A stretch of DNA of 63,786 bases, filler included, from Octopus bimaculoides (Eukaryota), in NCBI RefSeq assembly GCF_001194135.2. It is 5 parts of 5 records of this genome, joined end to end, with 100 filler letters (N's around TTAATTAATTAA, not from the genome) between each part and the next. Parts side by side here need not be neighbours in the genome. Positions count along the whole stretch, not along the records: positions 61,210 to 63,786 come from NC_069006.1; 4 more parts are not named here. One strand, 5' to 3'. Within the stretch, counting starts at the first letter, position 1; the number at the start of each line of letters is the position of its first letter. Positions 62,375-63,786 of the stretch are shown piece by piece. Below the pieces are notes generated by a model, which was not told where the DNA came from, did no database searches, and worked only from the letters and a program-made list of their open reading frames with translations. A program made the position numbers and the translations under genes.

Positions 62375-63535
62375 GTAACAATGCTAGAGGTAAGTTACAG
62401 AGGTAACCTACCTACCATCAGTGAGATAACATTTGGGGTAAGTTATTGAGATAACACACCTACAAACATCTTCGTAACAACACCAGGGGTACATTACTGA
62501 GGCAACCCACATCAAATCACGATAGTAACCACACTAGAGGTAAGGTACTGAGCTAACCCACCTTTCATCCCTGTGACACAACTCATTTTTGCCAGCTGAG
62601 TAGATTGGAGTAATCCACCTACCATCACTGTTGTAAGAACAAAGGTGTATATTACACAGGCAGCCCACCCATCATTAGGGGTAATCACGAAAAAAAAAGT
62701 AAAGCGTTTAAGAACTTAGGCCTATCCAACCCTCCGTCGCTGTGATAGCCACAATAAAGTGAAGTCATAATGAGATAAACCACTTACCACAAGGGGTAAC
62801 AATACTTGAGGTAAGACAACAAGCAACAGGTGATAACACACTTGTAATATGGCAGTAACAAGTAACTACCCACTATCATTTTGGTGGCAAGACTAGGGTT
62901 AAGTTAATGAGTTTACCTACACTCACAACTGTAGTAACAACATTAGATATAGGTTAGGGAAGTAACCCACCCTTCTTCACACTGCTAGCAACAATAGGGG
63001 GGTAAAAAAACTGAGGTAACTCACTCGTTATGAGAGTAGTATCAATTCTTGGGTAAATATATGAGTAAATATATGACAATCAGAAGCTGAGGTAACTTAC
63101 ACATGCAGTAACAACACCAAAAGTAATTTTGTTTTGTTAGCGCAACTACTATTACTGTGGTAACAATTTGTGAGACATTCTGAGGTAACCTACCCACCAA
63201 GCACTACAGCAGTAACAGCAGTAGAGGTAACTTTATGAGATAACCCACCCATTACTGAAATAGTGTAACAACATTAGAGTTAAGTTATTGAGGTAACCCA
63301 CCTTCCACGCCTAAGAACAGGTGAGGTAAGGTATTGATGTTACCTTACTCACCACTAAAAGACTATAACAACACTAATGATAAGTTACTGAGGTAAGCCA
63401 CTTACCACTACTGCAGTAGCAGCAACAGTACAGCTAAGTACCCTGAGGTCACCCACCTACCTATCAACATAGCTCTAATAGCAAGAGTGCAGGTATATAG
63501 CTGAGGTAACCCACCCTGCATTGCAGTGGTAGTAG
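62375..63535. repeat. Diverged ~60-bp minisatellite (approximately 15-20 units)
   Basis: Recurrent aacaacactagaggtaagttactgaggtaacccacc-type units. Confidence 0.75.
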
Positions 63536-63786
63536 TATCAGTGAAGGTATAATCAAAGAGAGAAAGAGAGAAAGAGAGAGAGAGAAGGAGAGCGCAAGCA
63601 AGCGGCATACCACCACCAATCACCACCACCACCACCACCACCACCACGACAACTTCCATCATCACTGTCACCGCCACTGCCGCCAGCAGCAGCAACAGAA
63701 TGGCAATAATATTATTATAGCTAGTGCTTGGTGCCTGTGTCAGTGTGAGGAGACATCTGGAGTCGTGTCTGCTAGCAGACGTCCAC

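Overview
This is not one locus. It is five separate assembly pieces (about 1-22179, 22280-43807, 43908-56804, 56905-61109 and 61210-63786) joined by an artificial 100-nt spacer (44 N + TTAATTAATTAA + 44 N). The DNA is AT-rich, gap-riddled, microsatellite-dense animal sequence. Its SINE families look like those of Octopus (recognised from memory, not searched). No complete protein-coding gene is supportable. The only host-gene candidate is a minus-strand exon at 1346-1459 carrying an EEP-family-like SDHFGL motif. The rest is mostly mobile DNA: at least four tRNA-derived or SINE-like families; RTE, Tx1/L1, R4-like and Hero-like non-LTR fragments; Penelope-like elements (Naiad-type endonuclease and thumb fragments, an old Neptune-type RT relic); a Gypsy integrase with its 3' LTR; a full-length decayed mariner; an internally deleted piggyBac and piggyBac-type MITEs; and Helitrons. 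The most interesting signals are (1) several minimal type I hammerhead ribozyme motifs with palindromic stem III, from apparently four unrelated families, one linked to a Pol III tRNA-like head and two in head-to-head inverted pairs as in Penelope-like insertions, suggesting a retrozyme/SINE-like system mobilised by PLEs, and (2) a 418-bp palindrome with perfect 189-bp arms. Most ORFs in the supplied track are microsatellite or N-gap artefacts.
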